Shown one piece after another: positions 10,493 through 20,003 of a stretch of DNA of 64,000 bases. The stretch is from an uncultured virus (IMG/VR IMGVR_UViG_3300020413_000001). Lineage: Duplodnaviria; Heunggongvirae; Uroviricota; Caudoviricetes. The notes under the pieces were generated by a model, which searched no databases, was not told the origin of the DNA, and saw only the letters and a list, made by a program, of their open reading frames with translations. The stretch lies in the IMG/VR virus record IMGVR_UViG_3300020413_000001; one strand, given 5' to 3'. The position numbers and the translations under genes were made by a program. The stretch's first letter is position 1, and each line of letters starts with the position of its first letter.

Positions 10493-10941
10493 TTAAATTT
10501 GTCCACACCTCCTACTAAAATTTCTTTTTGTTTATATGATTTTTCTGCATAGTGATAAATATGCCCAGCAAATATAATCATCTTTCCTTGTTGAGGAGTT
10601 ATTGATTTATTGATTGGTTCTAAAAAAACTGTGTTTCCGTCAGCATCATTTAAATATAAAATAAATGAGAATTTTTCTTTAGGATGATTATGCTTTAATT
10701 GGTGACCATTTGAAAAATATTTTATGTAATGCATGTGATGTAATTTATCTCTTAAATATTCTGTTGGTAACATTTGATTAATTACTTTTTTGTTGAACAT
10801 AGGAAGAAGGTTTTTTGTCTGAAATCCATTTTCGGTAAGATGTCCGTCTGAAATATCTGGCCCTTGATATTTTTTTATAATTTTTAATATTTTAAATATT
10901 AAAGAACTATTTAAATAGTGCTCTGAAAATATATCATTCAT
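10489..10941 (-). CDS. 2OG-Fe(II) oxygenase-like protein
   Basis: HNH...FSFILYLNDADGNTVF...PQQGKMIIF...YHYA. Confidence 0.7.
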   Translation of the reverse strand: MNDIFSEHYLNSSLIFKILKIIKKYQGPDISDGHLTENGFQTKNLLPMFNKKVINQMLPTEYLRDKLHHMHYIKYFSNGHQLKHNHPKEKFSFILYLNDADGNTVFLEPINKSITPQQGKMIIFAGHIYHYAEKSYKQKEILVGGVDKFK

Positions 10942-10986
10942 ACTTTATAGTATGAATATATATCAGTATTTACGATAAAGTAAAGA

Positions 10987-11454
10987 TTAGTAAGATGTCC
11001 AAGAAGATGTGTCTGTATTCCAATAGTAATTAACCATTGGATCTGCTAAAAGATCTTGACTTTCCCATCTATATTCTTCTTCAACCCAATAGGGAAATTT
11101 TAATACGCTTACGTTTTCATCAAGAATTAAAGTTGATTCATTCGGCACTGCTACTGGAGCTTGCCAATCATCATTAGAATCTAAAGTCCAAGATGGATAA
11201 GGTTGTGGTCTGATAAACTTATCTTTAACCGCATCATATGTATCACCTATTCCTGCATTTTGTTTTCTAAATGCACCTGTTGCTGAACATTGTTTCCAAA
11301 TTCCACCACCAAAAAGATTTGTACAATAAGTTTCTCCATCAGGGTGCATGTCATTTTCACCTAAAGGACCATCCGATGTTGGTACGTCATCACCAATTTT
11401 AACAGTTCTAAGAACTACATTATTACTTGGTTTTAATTCTGCAAAACTTGCCAT
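10987..11454 (-). CDS. Conserved phage tail-associated hypothetical protein
   Basis: MASFAEL...WKQCS...FRKQNAGIG.TYD...FI.PQPYPSWTL...WQAPV pattern, following a glycine-rich gene. Confidence 0.6.
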   Translation of the reverse strand: MASFAELKPSNNVVLRTVKIGDDVPTSDGPLGENDMHPDGETYCTNLFGGGIWKQCSATGAFRKQNAGIGDTYDAVKDKFIRPQPYPSWTLDSNDDWQAPVAVPNESTLILDENVSVLKFPYWVEEEYRWESQDLLADPMVNYYWNTDTSSWTSY

Positions 11455-12272
11455 TACGATACTGTTAGTGTCCCTGACACTGTAAATGTTGCTAATTTAC
11501 TTCCATCTGGATGTGTTCCAGTTGAATTAGTTCCTGGAGAAACACCTAGTGTTGCAGTAGCAGGTGCTTTAACAATTACGATACCTGAACCGCCTTGTCC
11601 GTTTGGAGGAGAGCTATCAAAACCCATTCCGCCGCCTCCGCCGCCGAGTCCGTTTGTTCCTGCTGATCCTGAGCCAGTTCTAGGAGCACCATTTCCTCCG
11701 CCGCCTGAACCGCCAGATCCACCTCCAGGTGAAGGAATATATCCACCACCTCCGCCGCCACCGGCGTAAGTTACATCTGAACCTGATAAAGTACTTGGTC
11801 TTCCAGCTCCTCCATTGGCTCCTGCTGGACTACTTGTAGAGCTACCACTTGCGTTAGCTCCGCCACCGCCACCATTAATATTTCCTGGCCCTCCTGGATT
11901 TCCTTGGTTAGGACTAAAAGGAGGTGTATTACCTGATCCTGCAGGGCACGCTCCGCTTCCACCATCTTTTTCTGGTGCACCGTAGCCACCGCCACCGCCA
12001 CCTGTTGATGTAATAGTACTAAGAACTGAATCTCCGCCTCTTGGACAACTGTCATTTCCTGGAACAGGTCCTGAACCAGTGCCGACTGTAACTGTATAGT
12101 CACCTGCTTCTAATTCTATAACAGCAGAATCTGTGGATGTTCTAAAGCCGCCTGCTCCTCCGCCTGCTCCGGCCCCAGCTCCTCCGCCGCCGCCGACAAC
12201 TAAATAATCAACGTCGTAGACAGTGGAACCACCGCCTGATCCAAATCCTAAAACTTGATACCCAAAAGCCAT
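11454..12272 (-). CDS. Glycine-rich tail/virion protein
   Basis: YLVVGGGGG, YTVTVG, YAGGGGGG, GGSGIVIVK motifs of the phage glycine-rich domain. Confidence 0.75.
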   Translation of the reverse strand: MAFGYQVLGFGSGGGSTVYDVDYLVVGGGGGAGAGAGGGAGGFRTSTDSAVIELEAGDYTVTVGTGSGPVPGNDSCPRGGDSVLSTITSTGGGGGGYGAPEKDGGSGACPAGSGNTPPFSPNQGNPGGPGNINGGGGGANASGSSTSSPAGANGGAGRPSTLSGSDVTYAGGGGGGGYIPSPGGGSGGSGGGGNGAPRTGSGSAGTNGLGGGGGGMGFDSSPPNGQGGSGIVIVKAPATATLGVSPGTNSTGTHPDGSKLATFTVSGTLTVS

Positions 12273-12284
12273 ATTTTATTCTCC

Positions 12285-13505
12285 TTATGCGTCGTTAGCT
12301 GCGTCAGTAGTATAAAATAGTTTAATACCTAAAACCCTTGCTTCTCCAGTAAAAGTATCTCCACCGGCTGCCGCATCTCTATATAATTGAAAATAAGTTT
12401 GTTCACCTGCTGCAGGAGAACCGGCAATTGTTATTGCACTACTTTCAGCTGAAACTTGTTGGTCTTCAACTGTTCCTATGCCTGCGTCTGTAATATCTAC
12501 TGCTGTTCCGTATGCAACATCAATAGTGTCACCATCTGCACATGCAACACCTTGCAAACCAAAAATACAGTTACCTGTATTAGTTGTGCTTGGAGACCAG
12601 TAAACTTGATAAGTTACCGTTCCTTCATTCCATGATTTTGGCATTCCTATTGTAAATTGAGTATATTGTTTTGTACCAGCATCAAAATCAAATACGTTTA
12701 AATCTGGTCTTGTAGCTGTTGTTTCAACTAAAGCTGAATCTGCAGGATTAGTAGTTGGGCCATACATAGCTGTAGCTGGAACCCATATAGTTTCTTTACC
12801 AGCAATTTTTAAAGCAGAACCATTACCTTGTAAAACACCTGATCCTTTTGGAACAAAGTTAATACCTACGTTAGTTTCACCAGATGCTGTAAAGCTAGGG
12901 TTATTTCCAGTCGCTGCGTTAGCGTATGTTAATTCGTTAACCGCTGAACTTGTAGCAGTTAATAAAAATAATTCATTTCCGTTAGTATCTAAAATAGAAG
13001 TTCCTATTTTAGGTGCAGTTAAAGTTTTGTTTGTTAAAGTTTGAGTGCCTGTAAGTGTTACGTCTCCACTTCCAAAACCAGTGTCATAAACACCAGTGTT
13101 TGTTGCTACACCATCAAGATAAATAATTTTATGTGCCTTATCTGTTGTTGCAAAAGTAACTGTTGCACCTGAACCAGAAGCTGCTTTTAATTGTACTGTG
13201 TAAGCACCTGAAGTTGCATTTTCAATAATATAAAAATTTTCTGTAAGTAATGGGAAAGTTACAATTTGATTTCCAGAAATACTTCCTGATAATTTAATAA
13301 CTCTTTGTTGAGCTGTACCTGTTAAAGCACCATTGTCGATATCTAAAGCTGTAGTTTGTGCACCACCTGCGATAGATACTTCTAAAAATCCACCAGTTAA
13401 TTGTTCAATTAAACTTAAATTTGCGTTAGTTTTTGTTCCCCATGTACCGGCGTTTTCACCAGTAGCCATTAATTCTAGGCCAAGATCCGTATAAGTTGAT
13501 GCCAT
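12285..13505 (-). CDS. Tail fibre/spike-like protein, 406 aa
   Basis: N-terminal 'GENAGTWGTKTN.NL' anchor, 'TQTLTNKTLT' shaft motif, Thr/Gly-rich. Confidence 0.7.
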   Translation of the reverse strand: MASTYTDLGLELMATGENAGTWGTKTNANLSLIEQLTGGFLEVSIAGGAQTTALDIDNGALTGTAQQRVIKLSGSISGNQIVTFPLLTENFYIIENATSGAYTVQLKAASGSGATVTFATTDKAHKIIYLDGVATNTGVYDTGFGSGDVTLTGTQTLTNKTLTAPKIGTSILDTNGNELFLLTATSSAVNELTYANAATGNNPSFTASGETNVGINFVPKGSGVLQGNGSALKIAGKETIWVPATAMYGPTTNPADSALVETTATRPDLNVFDFDAGTKQYTQFTIGMPKSWNEGTVTYQVYWSPSTTNTGNCIFGLQGVACADGDTIDVAYGTAVDITDAGIGTVEDQQVSAESSAITIAGSPAAGEQTYFQLYRDAAAGGDTFTGEARVLGIKLFYTTDAANDA

Positions 13506-13530
13506 AATTTTTCTCCTGTGCTCTTTTCAA

Positions 13531-14937
13531 TTAAGCTACATCTGTATAAGATGTATTACCTGTTATGTCAATATCATTATAATTTGTATTTCCAGTAATA
13601 TCAACATCAAAATAACCTAATGGTGCAACATTTCCTACGGCTGTCGTAGCTTCTACACCAGTTAATCCTATAACATCTGCAGGTGTTATTGCACCTACTC
13701 CAGACGTTAAAGTTGCTGGTGCCGTTAAAGTATAGGCAACTTCTGTTATTACAGATCCTACACTACTAGTCGCTCCTACGCCAGTAATGCTGACTATTAA
13801 ACTTTCGTCAACAGTAATTGATCCAACTCCGGTTGTTGCGACCCCTGCACTACTTATACCTACAACATCTGCTGGAGTTATTGCTCCTATTGCAGAAGTT
13901 AAACCAAATCCTGATAAACCAATAGTTATATCACCAACAGAAAGTGCTCCAACGTTAGATGTTAAACCTGAAGGTGCCGTTAACGAAATTGTTGGAGATA
14001 ATATAATTGTTGGAGAACCTATTGCCGATGTTGCAGAAACCCCTGTTACTCCCATAACATCTGCTACATTTAAAATAAAATCTCCACCCCAAGTAACACC
14101 AACATCTCCTGAATCAGAAGAACCTCCCCAACCCTGAGCTCCCCATGTTGTATCTGGTAATGAAGAAGTTAGTTCACTAGGTGCTGTTAATTCTACTGTT
14201 AAGCCCGATGCACCCCAGTTTTCAACACCCCATCCATCTTGACCCCAACCTGTATTTATTTCATCTTGAATTGTTACACTTCCAACAGAAGAAGTCATAC
14301 TTAAACCATCAAGTGTTACAACTGGATTATCACTTTCGCCCCATGGTGCTTCACCCCATTCAGCTCTACCCCATCCTTGTGCTGCAGAAGCAACAATTTC
14401 ACCTACGGATGCAGTTGCGGATACTCCAGAAACTAAAACTCTAAAACCACTTTCCCCCCAATTTTCATATCCCCAACTATCTGATCCCCATCCTTGTTCA
14501 GAAAAAGCTGCAATTGATCCTGTTGATGAAGTTAAACCTGAAGGTGCTGTTAGACTAACATTAATTCCATCTTGCGAACCCCATTCATTTACATTCCATG
14601 CAAACATTCCATAGGAGTCAGGTTCTACTGTATTTGCTTGTCCACCCATTCCTGGGTGAATTGAACAATAATAATATAAAGTTGGTGCTGAAGCAGCAAC
14701 AGTTATTTGAACTTGTGTTGAACTGTTTACGGTTACGCCGGTAGTATACTCACTTCCAGAATTATGTGTTCCGTCTGATGTTGTAGAAAATCTAAATGGA
14801 TGAGCCGAAGGATAATTAAATACATAAGTCCCTGTTTCGGCTAAATTTATTGTATCTTGTTGTACACCGTCAATAAAATATTTATTGCCAGATCCAGGGT
14901 CGCTGACTGTTACTGTGAATGTTCGGATTACCGACAT
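13531..14937 (-). CDS. Virion structural protein with N-terminal cupredoxin-like motif and Trp-Gly repeats, 468 aa
   Basis: HPFRF...YYYCSIHPGMGG; GWGxxxWGxxxWG repeats; 'TGVSATSAIG'-like repeats. Confidence 0.65.
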   Translation of the reverse strand: MSVIRTFTVTVSDPGSGNKYFIDGVQQDTINLAETGTYVFNYPSAHPFRFSTTSDGTHNSGSEYTTGVTVNSSTQVQITVAASAPTLYYYCSIHPGMGGQANTVEPDSYGMFAWNVNEWGSQDGINVSLTAPSGLTSSTGSIAAFSEQGWGSDSWGYENWGESGFRVLVSGVSATASVGEIVASAAQGWGRAEWGEAPWGESDNPVVTLDGLSMTSSVGSVTIQDEINTGWGQDGWGVENWGASGLTVELTAPSELTSSLPDTTWGAQGWGGSSDSGDVGVTWGGDFILNVADVMGVTGVSATSAIGSPTIILSPTISLTAPSGLTSNVGALSVGDITIGLSGFGLTSAIGAITPADVVGISSAGVATTGVGSITVDESLIVSITGVGATSSVGSVITEVAYTLTAPATLTSGVGAITPADVIGLTGVEATTAVGNVAPLGYFDVDITGNTNYNDIDITGNTSYTDVA

Positions 14938-14950
14938 AAGGACTTACTCC

Positions 14951-15391
14951 TTATGCTATTCGAACTATAGCTGTTGTTGCTGCTGCCGCTGGAAATTGAA
15001 CTGTGAATGTTCCAGAAGAAACTGTTTTGTCTCCTCCAAAAGCCACTGCACAAACTGCAGGGTCACCTGTTGCTGTATCATTAAAAATTAAACAACCATT
15101 AGCTGTAAAAGATGCAGACGTCCATGAGATGTCTGCAAAATCACAAACTGCAGTTGTTGAATCTAAAGCCGGTGTAACACTAGTTAAAGCTTTTCCTTTT
15201 GCAGAATAAGCAGATCCAGATGAATTTGTTATTTCGTTTGATGAACTGTAAGCAGTAGTACCGGCTCCTAAAGTTGCAGAACTTGTGTACAACGCAATGT
15301 TAAAAGTGTTTCCAGTAGTAGCTGTAAAATTGTGTACAGCTTTTAAAATTTCTGTTTTAAAACTGTTACATATTGCCGATGTTATTGCCAT
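14951..15391 (-). CDS. Virion structural protein, 146 aa
   Basis: CNSFK.E.L...IALYTS...DFAD.SW...FGGDKT...GTFT pattern common in phage tail modules. Confidence 0.6.
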   Translation of the reverse strand: MAITSAICNSFKTEILKAVHNFTATTGNTFNIALYTSSATLGAGTTAYSSSNEITNSSGSAYSAKGKALTSVTPALDSTTAVCDFADISWTSASFTANGCLIFNDTATGDPAVCAVAFGGDKTVSSGTFTVQFPAAAATTAIVRIA

Positions 15392-15408
15392 AATTTTTTC
15401 TCCTCAAT

Positions 15409-16158
15409 TTACGGAGACGGTGACTTAACTGGTATTCTAACTGTTCCGTCAGTATAATCGTCTCGTCTTCGTCTTCCTAGTTGCATACCTGCAAACTGTT
15501 GTATAGCATTTTTATATCTATTTTCGTAGTATGTCAACATATCCGTTGGACCTTTTAAAAATGCATATGCTTCTACTAAACATGCATATAACAGACCCTG
15601 TGGAAAATATGTACTTAAATAAGTATTATTATTAAAACCAGTACCAGACCCAAGTCCATTTGGCATTTTATTATAATATATTCTGAATTTGTAATTAGCA
15701 TCGGGCGTAGGGGCTAAATACATACCTCCTGATGAAGTATCAGTAGTATTATCCGCACCACCAAACATTGCATAGTATTTAGGAAAACCTGTTACATCTT
15801 GAGCTGTACGATCGCCTTCTGGTCCTGTTAATCTATCTGTATATTCCGATAAATATGTTTGATCTTTTTTCTCTAACCAACTTCCATTGCCTGTAGTAGC
15901 TGAAGTAGAATTAAATACTTCAACACCTCTTATAAATAAAGCTCCAGCTGGTGAATTAATTGTATTGTCATCAGCAGCTAATGTACCTTCTTGAACAAAT
16001 CTTTGAGAGTCCATAGGAAGTTCTTGATAAATTCTAAATTCAGCTCCCATTATAAATTCATCGATGATTGCTTGTGTAAAAACACTATCATCTACTTCAG
16101 TATAACTTCTTATCGCTGCAGTTAATGTGCTGTAATCGTATTTTTTAACTCCTGACAT
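15409..16158 (-). CDS. Head-tail adaptor/tail tubular protein-like, 249 aa
   Basis: G.PKYYA...LAPTPD..Y...YY...TYLS...LLYACLVEAY.FLK. Confidence 0.65.
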   Translation of the reverse strand: MSGVKKYDYSTLTAAIRSYTEVDDSVFTQAIIDEFIMGAEFRIYQELPMDSQRFVQEGTLAADDNTINSPAGALFIRGVEVFNSTSATTGNGSWLEKKDQTYLSEYTDRLTGPEGDRTAQDVTGFPKYYAMFGGADNTTDTSSGGMYLAPTPDANYKFRIYYNKMPNGLGSGTGFNNNTYLSTYFPQGLLYACLVEAYAFLKGPTDMLTYYENRYKNAIQQFAGMQLGRRRRDDYTDGTVRIPVKSPSP

Positions 16159-16160
16159 AA

Positions 16161-16976
16161 TTAACCTCTATCATTAATCGGTCCAACTGTACACTGTAAA
16201 CCGCCCCCTGTTTCTGCACTACTAGCATTATTAACTAACTCAAATGTAAAACCCGTTTGTGTAGTTATAGTTGCTGGATTACCCGCACTATCATTATAAC
16301 CTGCTGGTGAAGAAGTTTCATTAAGTGTAGCTATTTTATATGCCCCAAATACTTTAGCTCCAGTTGCATGTGAGCTTGCAGTTGTATTTACAGGACTAAC
16401 TCCTCTGTAAGGAGCACTTGTTCCTCTTGTGCATCCTGTTAAATCATTTGTAGATCTTCCTGTATATTCGATAACTTCATTTTCATAAAGTCCTGTTGTG
16501 CTATTTACTTTTTCAATAACTATAAAACCAGATGTTGGAAATGCGGAACCATCTGTTAATGTAATTGTTGTAACAGAATCTGTTAACGCACCATTTAAAG
16601 TTGTAGATAACTGTAAAGTAGTTATAGCAACACCACCCACTGGAGATTTAACATCTCTTAATCTAACAAAATCATTTACCTGCATAGCACCATTTTCAAA
16701 AGCTATAGAAACAGTTGCATCAGCAGCCGCAGTTGTAATTGGATTATTTATTAAAAAATCTTCTGTTGGAAATTCTGTTCTTGCAGTTCTAGCTCTTTGT
16801 AAAGCTTGCGGATCTGCACTTGTTGGTTTAGGATCTAATTGTGGTTGTTTAGGCTCGTACTCTGAAACATGGACCAGGGCACCATTCCATTCTCTAACCA
16901 TTTCGTTATATGGAAAAGCCATGCCTGATCTATCTGAAATAGCTAAAGCATATTTACCTTGCGAAAAAGTAGTCAT
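16161..16976 (-). CDS. Virion structural protein, 271 aa
   Basis: GKYALAISDRSG..FPY.EM..EWNG..V...EYEPKQPQL N-terminus plus an inserted TTL domain. Confidence 0.6.
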   Translation of the reverse strand: MTTFSQGKYALAISDRSGMAFPYNEMVREWNGALVHVSEYEPKQPQLDPKPTSADPQALQRARTARTEFPTEDFLINNPITTAAADATVSIAFENGAMQVNDFVRLRDVKSPVGGVAITTLQLSTTLNGALTDSVTTITLTDGSAFPTSGFIVIEKVNSTTGLYENEVIEYTGRSTNDLTGCTRGTSAPYRGVSPVNTTASSHATGAKVFGAYKIATLNETSSPAGYNDSAGNPATITTQTGFTFELVNNASSAETGGGLQCTVGPINDRG

Positions 16977-17920
16977 TAACCAATACCTGGGTAATATATT
17001 TTAGGAGATATATAAGTAGAATTAGAAGAACCATCTTCATCTTCTGCTCTTAATAATTCATCTTCATATAAAAGTTTTAATTCTTGTACTCTCTGTGGTG
17101 CGTATTTGACAGCTAAGTAATATGCTAAACCTGAAATCATACATGGAACAAATCTATAGGGTACATCAGTTGCATTTGTATAAGCACCCACATCGTCAAT
17201 TCTTTTTGTATAATAAAAATTAATATAGTTCCCATCTTGAGCTGCACCTGGGGTTAAATATAAAGTCATTGTAACTTTATCTATAAATCTTTGAACCCAA
17301 TACTGTGTAGGTAAACCTGTCGAAGTTTTATTTGAAAAACCTTGATATTGTGATCTACTAATTTTTGTCATTGGTGTATCAACTGAAGTAGATTTAACTC
17401 TATAGTCTGCTTCTTGAATATCTGTCATACCAATTGGAAATTGTAAAACAGCGTCGCCAGTATTATGTGTAGCAGCCGTGCTACCATTAACTCCTCTTAC
17501 ACATCCAGTTAAATTTAATGAAGAAATACCTGTGTAAGTAATTTGTTCAGTTCCAATAATAATTATTCCGCCAGTTGTCGGCAGACCTGTAACTGAAGCA
17601 ACTCCAATTGTAGTAACGCTTGTATTTATTCCTGCAGATAATGTAGTTGAAATACCAGAAGAAGTGCCATCAGAAGGTGAACGATAAAAAGTATATACCG
17701 CTTGTCCATCTACTAATGTAACGTTTTGATTTTTTACTTCCCAAAACTGAAGTCCTCTATTTCCCCATTCAGAAAATAAAATATTTAAAGATCTTTTAGC
17801 AGTTTTTAATTGATAGCCAGAAACACCTTGCATACCAATACGTTCATATGCATCTTCAATAATCTCATCTATGCCTAGGTTCTTATCAAAAACATAAGAG
17901 CCTGAAGTAGTGTTGGCCAT
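16976..17920 (-). CDS. Head-tail adaptor/tail tubular protein A-like, 314 aa
   Basis: IIEDAYER.G...AKRSLNILFSEWGNRG...G.PTQYW...VPYRFVPCMISGLAYYLA. Confidence 0.65.
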   Translation of the reverse strand: MANTTSGSYVFDKNLGIDEIIEDAYERIGMQGVSGYQLKTAKRSLNILFSEWGNRGLQFWEVKNQNVTLVDGQAVYTFYRSPSDGTSSGISTTLSAGINTSVTTIGVASVTGLPTTGGIIIIGTEQITYTGISSLNLTGCVRGVNGSTAATHNTGDAVLQFPIGMTDIQEADYRVKSTSVDTPMTKISRSQYQGFSNKTSTGLPTQYWVQRFIDKVTMTLYLTPGAAQDGNYINFYYTKRIDDVGAYTNATDVPYRFVPCMISGLAYYLAVKYAPQRVQELKLLYEDELLRAEDEDGSSNSTYISPKIYYPGIG

Positions 17921-17929
17921 TTAAGCTCC

Positions 17930-18538
17930 TTACCCGTCGTAGAATACGGTTAAACCTGTAATGTCACCTTGGTCAGCAGTTAAATACGCTCCATTAGGAA
18001 ATAATACTCCATCATCTGGAATATATGGATCTAGATCTCCTGCACTTGCAGATAAAGTTAGTAACGCTGTTCCAGTTGAAGAACCATCTCTAAAAGTTAA
18101 ATTTCCTGCACCAGCTAAAACACCGTGCATTCCTCTTATTCTAGTTCTTCCACCAAAAATAATTGATACTAAGTCACCAGCACCACCTAAAACACCCGCA
18201 GAAGTATTAGTTCCAACAGCTGCGTCAGCAGCAATTTGTGTAACAGTATTATAAAATTTTGTACTAAACACTGTAGTTGCATTTGGACCAGTTAAGTCTT
18301 CGCTTTGTGCATTTCCTTTAGAATCAGTTCCAGTAATTGTAAAAGTAACTGCACTAATGTTTCCACCAGAAGTTAAACTTACTTTTTGAGAAGATCCAGT
18401 TCCGCCAAAAGTTGCGGCAGCAGCAGCAAGAGTCATATTACCTGCCCCACCTAAAGTTTGAAGAGCAGCAATTGTTGTTGTAGCTGTAGCTGTTACATCA
18501 GTTGCAAATTGCGCTTTAACTTGTGATACGTTTGCCAT
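17930..18538 (-). CDS. Virion structural (possible decoration) protein, 202 aa
   Basis: Ala/Gly/Thr-rich; C-terminal 'IPDDGVLFPNG.Y...TVFY'. Confidence 0.55.
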   Translation of the reverse strand: MANVSQVKAQFATDVTATATTTIAALQTLGGAGNMTLAAAAATFGGTGSSQKVSLTSGGNISAVTFTITGTDSKGNAQSEDLTGPNATTVFSTKFYNTVTQIAADAAVGTNTSAGVLGGAGDLVSIIFGGRTRIRGMHGVLAGAGNLTFRDGSSTGTALLTLSASAGDLDPYIPDDGVLFPNGAYLTADQGDITGLTVFYDG

Positions 18539-18561
18539 AATTTTTTTCTCCTATTAATTTA

Positions 18562-18585
18562 CACTAAGGCCCCGAAGGGCCCTAG
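18562..18585 (-). terminator. Stem-loop with UUCG loop (possible terminator or RNA stabiliser)
   Basis: CTAGGGCCC-TTCG-GGGCCTTAG on the minus strand just after a stop; U-tail weak. Confidence 0.5.
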
Positions 18586-18594
18586 TTAAATTTA

Positions 18595-19389
18595 TTATCT
18601 TTGTTGGATCGTTTGAACCCAATCTGTCGCTAGTTGATTAGCAGTAGTACCTTTATTTTCTATGAAAATTTTTAGTTCTAAAGCTATATCATCTGGAACA
18701 GTTGTAGCTGCTTGCGTTCCAACTTTCTTACCGTCTAAGTACAATTTGTATTGTGCACTTGATTGACCAAGTTCAGTTCCTGCAGGTTGAAAATGAAAAC
18801 CTAATCTAACAGAGTTAGATGGGATTTCAAATTGAGTTGCAGTTTGAGTTGGGACAGTAGAGTCTAACATTGCAAAAGTGCTTCCACCAGAAGTGTCTGT
18901 CATATCAAAAGATGTACCAGCACCATTCTTTCTAGATAAGAATTGAATAGTTGTAGTATCTTCTAAGTGAGAGAAACCAATACAGTCAGTTGGTACAGTT
19001 GCTGGATCAACAAATGCATTGTCTGCAAAACCTACAAACCAATTCATTTCAGTTACGTCTGTTACGGCAATTCTAGTTTCATACCACCATTGCTTAGCAG
19101 AGTTATAGTTCCATACTTCTTTACCAGAAATACCAGTAATTTCTCCAGCAGCTGGAGCATCATCTCCAAGTCTTAACCATCCACCAGCATAATCTACTAG
19201 TTGATAGTCTGAACCACCACCAGATGTTACATCCCAATCACCTGAGTTATAAATTACCCAGTCATTTTGATAAGCAACTTCTTGCCCATAACCACCAGTA
19301 ATTAGAGGTTGTTTGATACCACTAAATAAAGAAGTATCTCCATCTTTTCCTCTTACGTTTGTTACTCCGTTTGAAAAGTGTGTTGTCAT
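18595..19389 (-). CDS. Virion structural protein, 264 aa (beta-sandwich-like)
   Basis: MTTHFSNGVTNV N-terminus; downstream of the capsid gene. Confidence 0.55.
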   Translation of the reverse strand: MTTHFSNGVTNVRGKDGDTSLFSGIKQPLITGGYGQEVAYQNDWVIYNSGDWDVTSGGGSDYQLVDYAGGWLRLGDDAPAAGEITGISGKEVWNYNSAKQWWYETRIAVTDVTEMNWFVGFADNAFVDPATVPTDCIGFSHLEDTTTIQFLSRKNGAGTSFDMTDTSGGSTFAMLDSTVPTQTATQFEIPSNSVRLGFHFQPAGTELGQSSAQYKLYLDGKKVGTQAATTVPDDIALELKIFIENKGTTANQLATDWVQTIQQR

Positions 19390-19543
19390 ATAATCAGCGC
19401 CTCCTATGCGCCAGTTATCTTACTAAGAAAAAGATAACCAATTTATGTTCTATTAATATCTTAGTGAGTTTTTTATATAGTATTTTTAAGTGAAGCGCAA
19501 GAGAGCCTACGGTATTTATGCATTTCAGCAATGTAGCTTTTGA

Positions 19544-19768
19544 TTAAGTAGCTACAGAAACTTGTGGAGCGGCATCTTCAATAGTGTTATGCCTGTGAGC
19601 AATTGCTGCTTCTTCCAGCTTGATCTTTGTAATGACTTCTCTAACTTTGTCATCAATTCTGACCATTTCAAGAGTATATCTACCATTAGATAGATGCTCC
19701 TGTTCCCACTTCAACTCCAAGGACCTTTTTGCTTTGTAAAGGTCTTGTATCATCACTAACCTCCTCAT
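19544..19768 (-). CDS. Hypothetical protein
   Basis: ORF track; true start probably at MIQDL, preceded by GAGGAGG. Confidence 0.6.
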   Translation of the reverse strand: MRRLVMIQDLYKAKRSLELKWEQEHLSNGRYTLEMVRIDDKVREVITKIKLEEAAIAHRHNTIEDAAPQVSVAT

Positions 19769-19940
19769 AGGTTATTCGATAGGGAGTATTACTAAACATT
19801 CCCGTTGATTCCCAAGTTATAACATTTTCTCCTAGTTTGTCAACTATTGCTTGTTCTAGAGAAACCGCATCATCATTAGATTTTACTTCAAATCTAGCAT
19901 GAAGATCGTATGCATATATGTTTATTAGGAATTTTTTCAT
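19686..19940 (-). CDS. Hypothetical protein, 84 aa
   Basis: ORF track. Confidence 0.55.
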   Translation of the reverse strand: MKKFLINIYAYDLHARFEVKSNDDAVSLEQAIVDKLGENVITWESTGMFSNTPYRITYEEVSDDTRPLQSKKVLGVEVGTGASI

Positions 19941-19963
19941 GGTTTTTGCTTTCTATTTTATGA

Positions 19964-19991
19964 TTGTGGCGGAACTGTGTCCCGCCACAAA
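19964..19991 (-). terminator. Stem-loop after the major capsid gene
   Basis: TTGTGGCGG...CCGCCACAA inverted repeat just past the stop; no clear U-tail. Confidence 0.5.
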
Positions 19992-20003
19992 AAAATTTAA
20001 GTA

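Noticed and set aside
11454..12272. GC-rich CCGCCG runs as a mobile or foreign element
   Set aside because: Explained by poly-glycine codons
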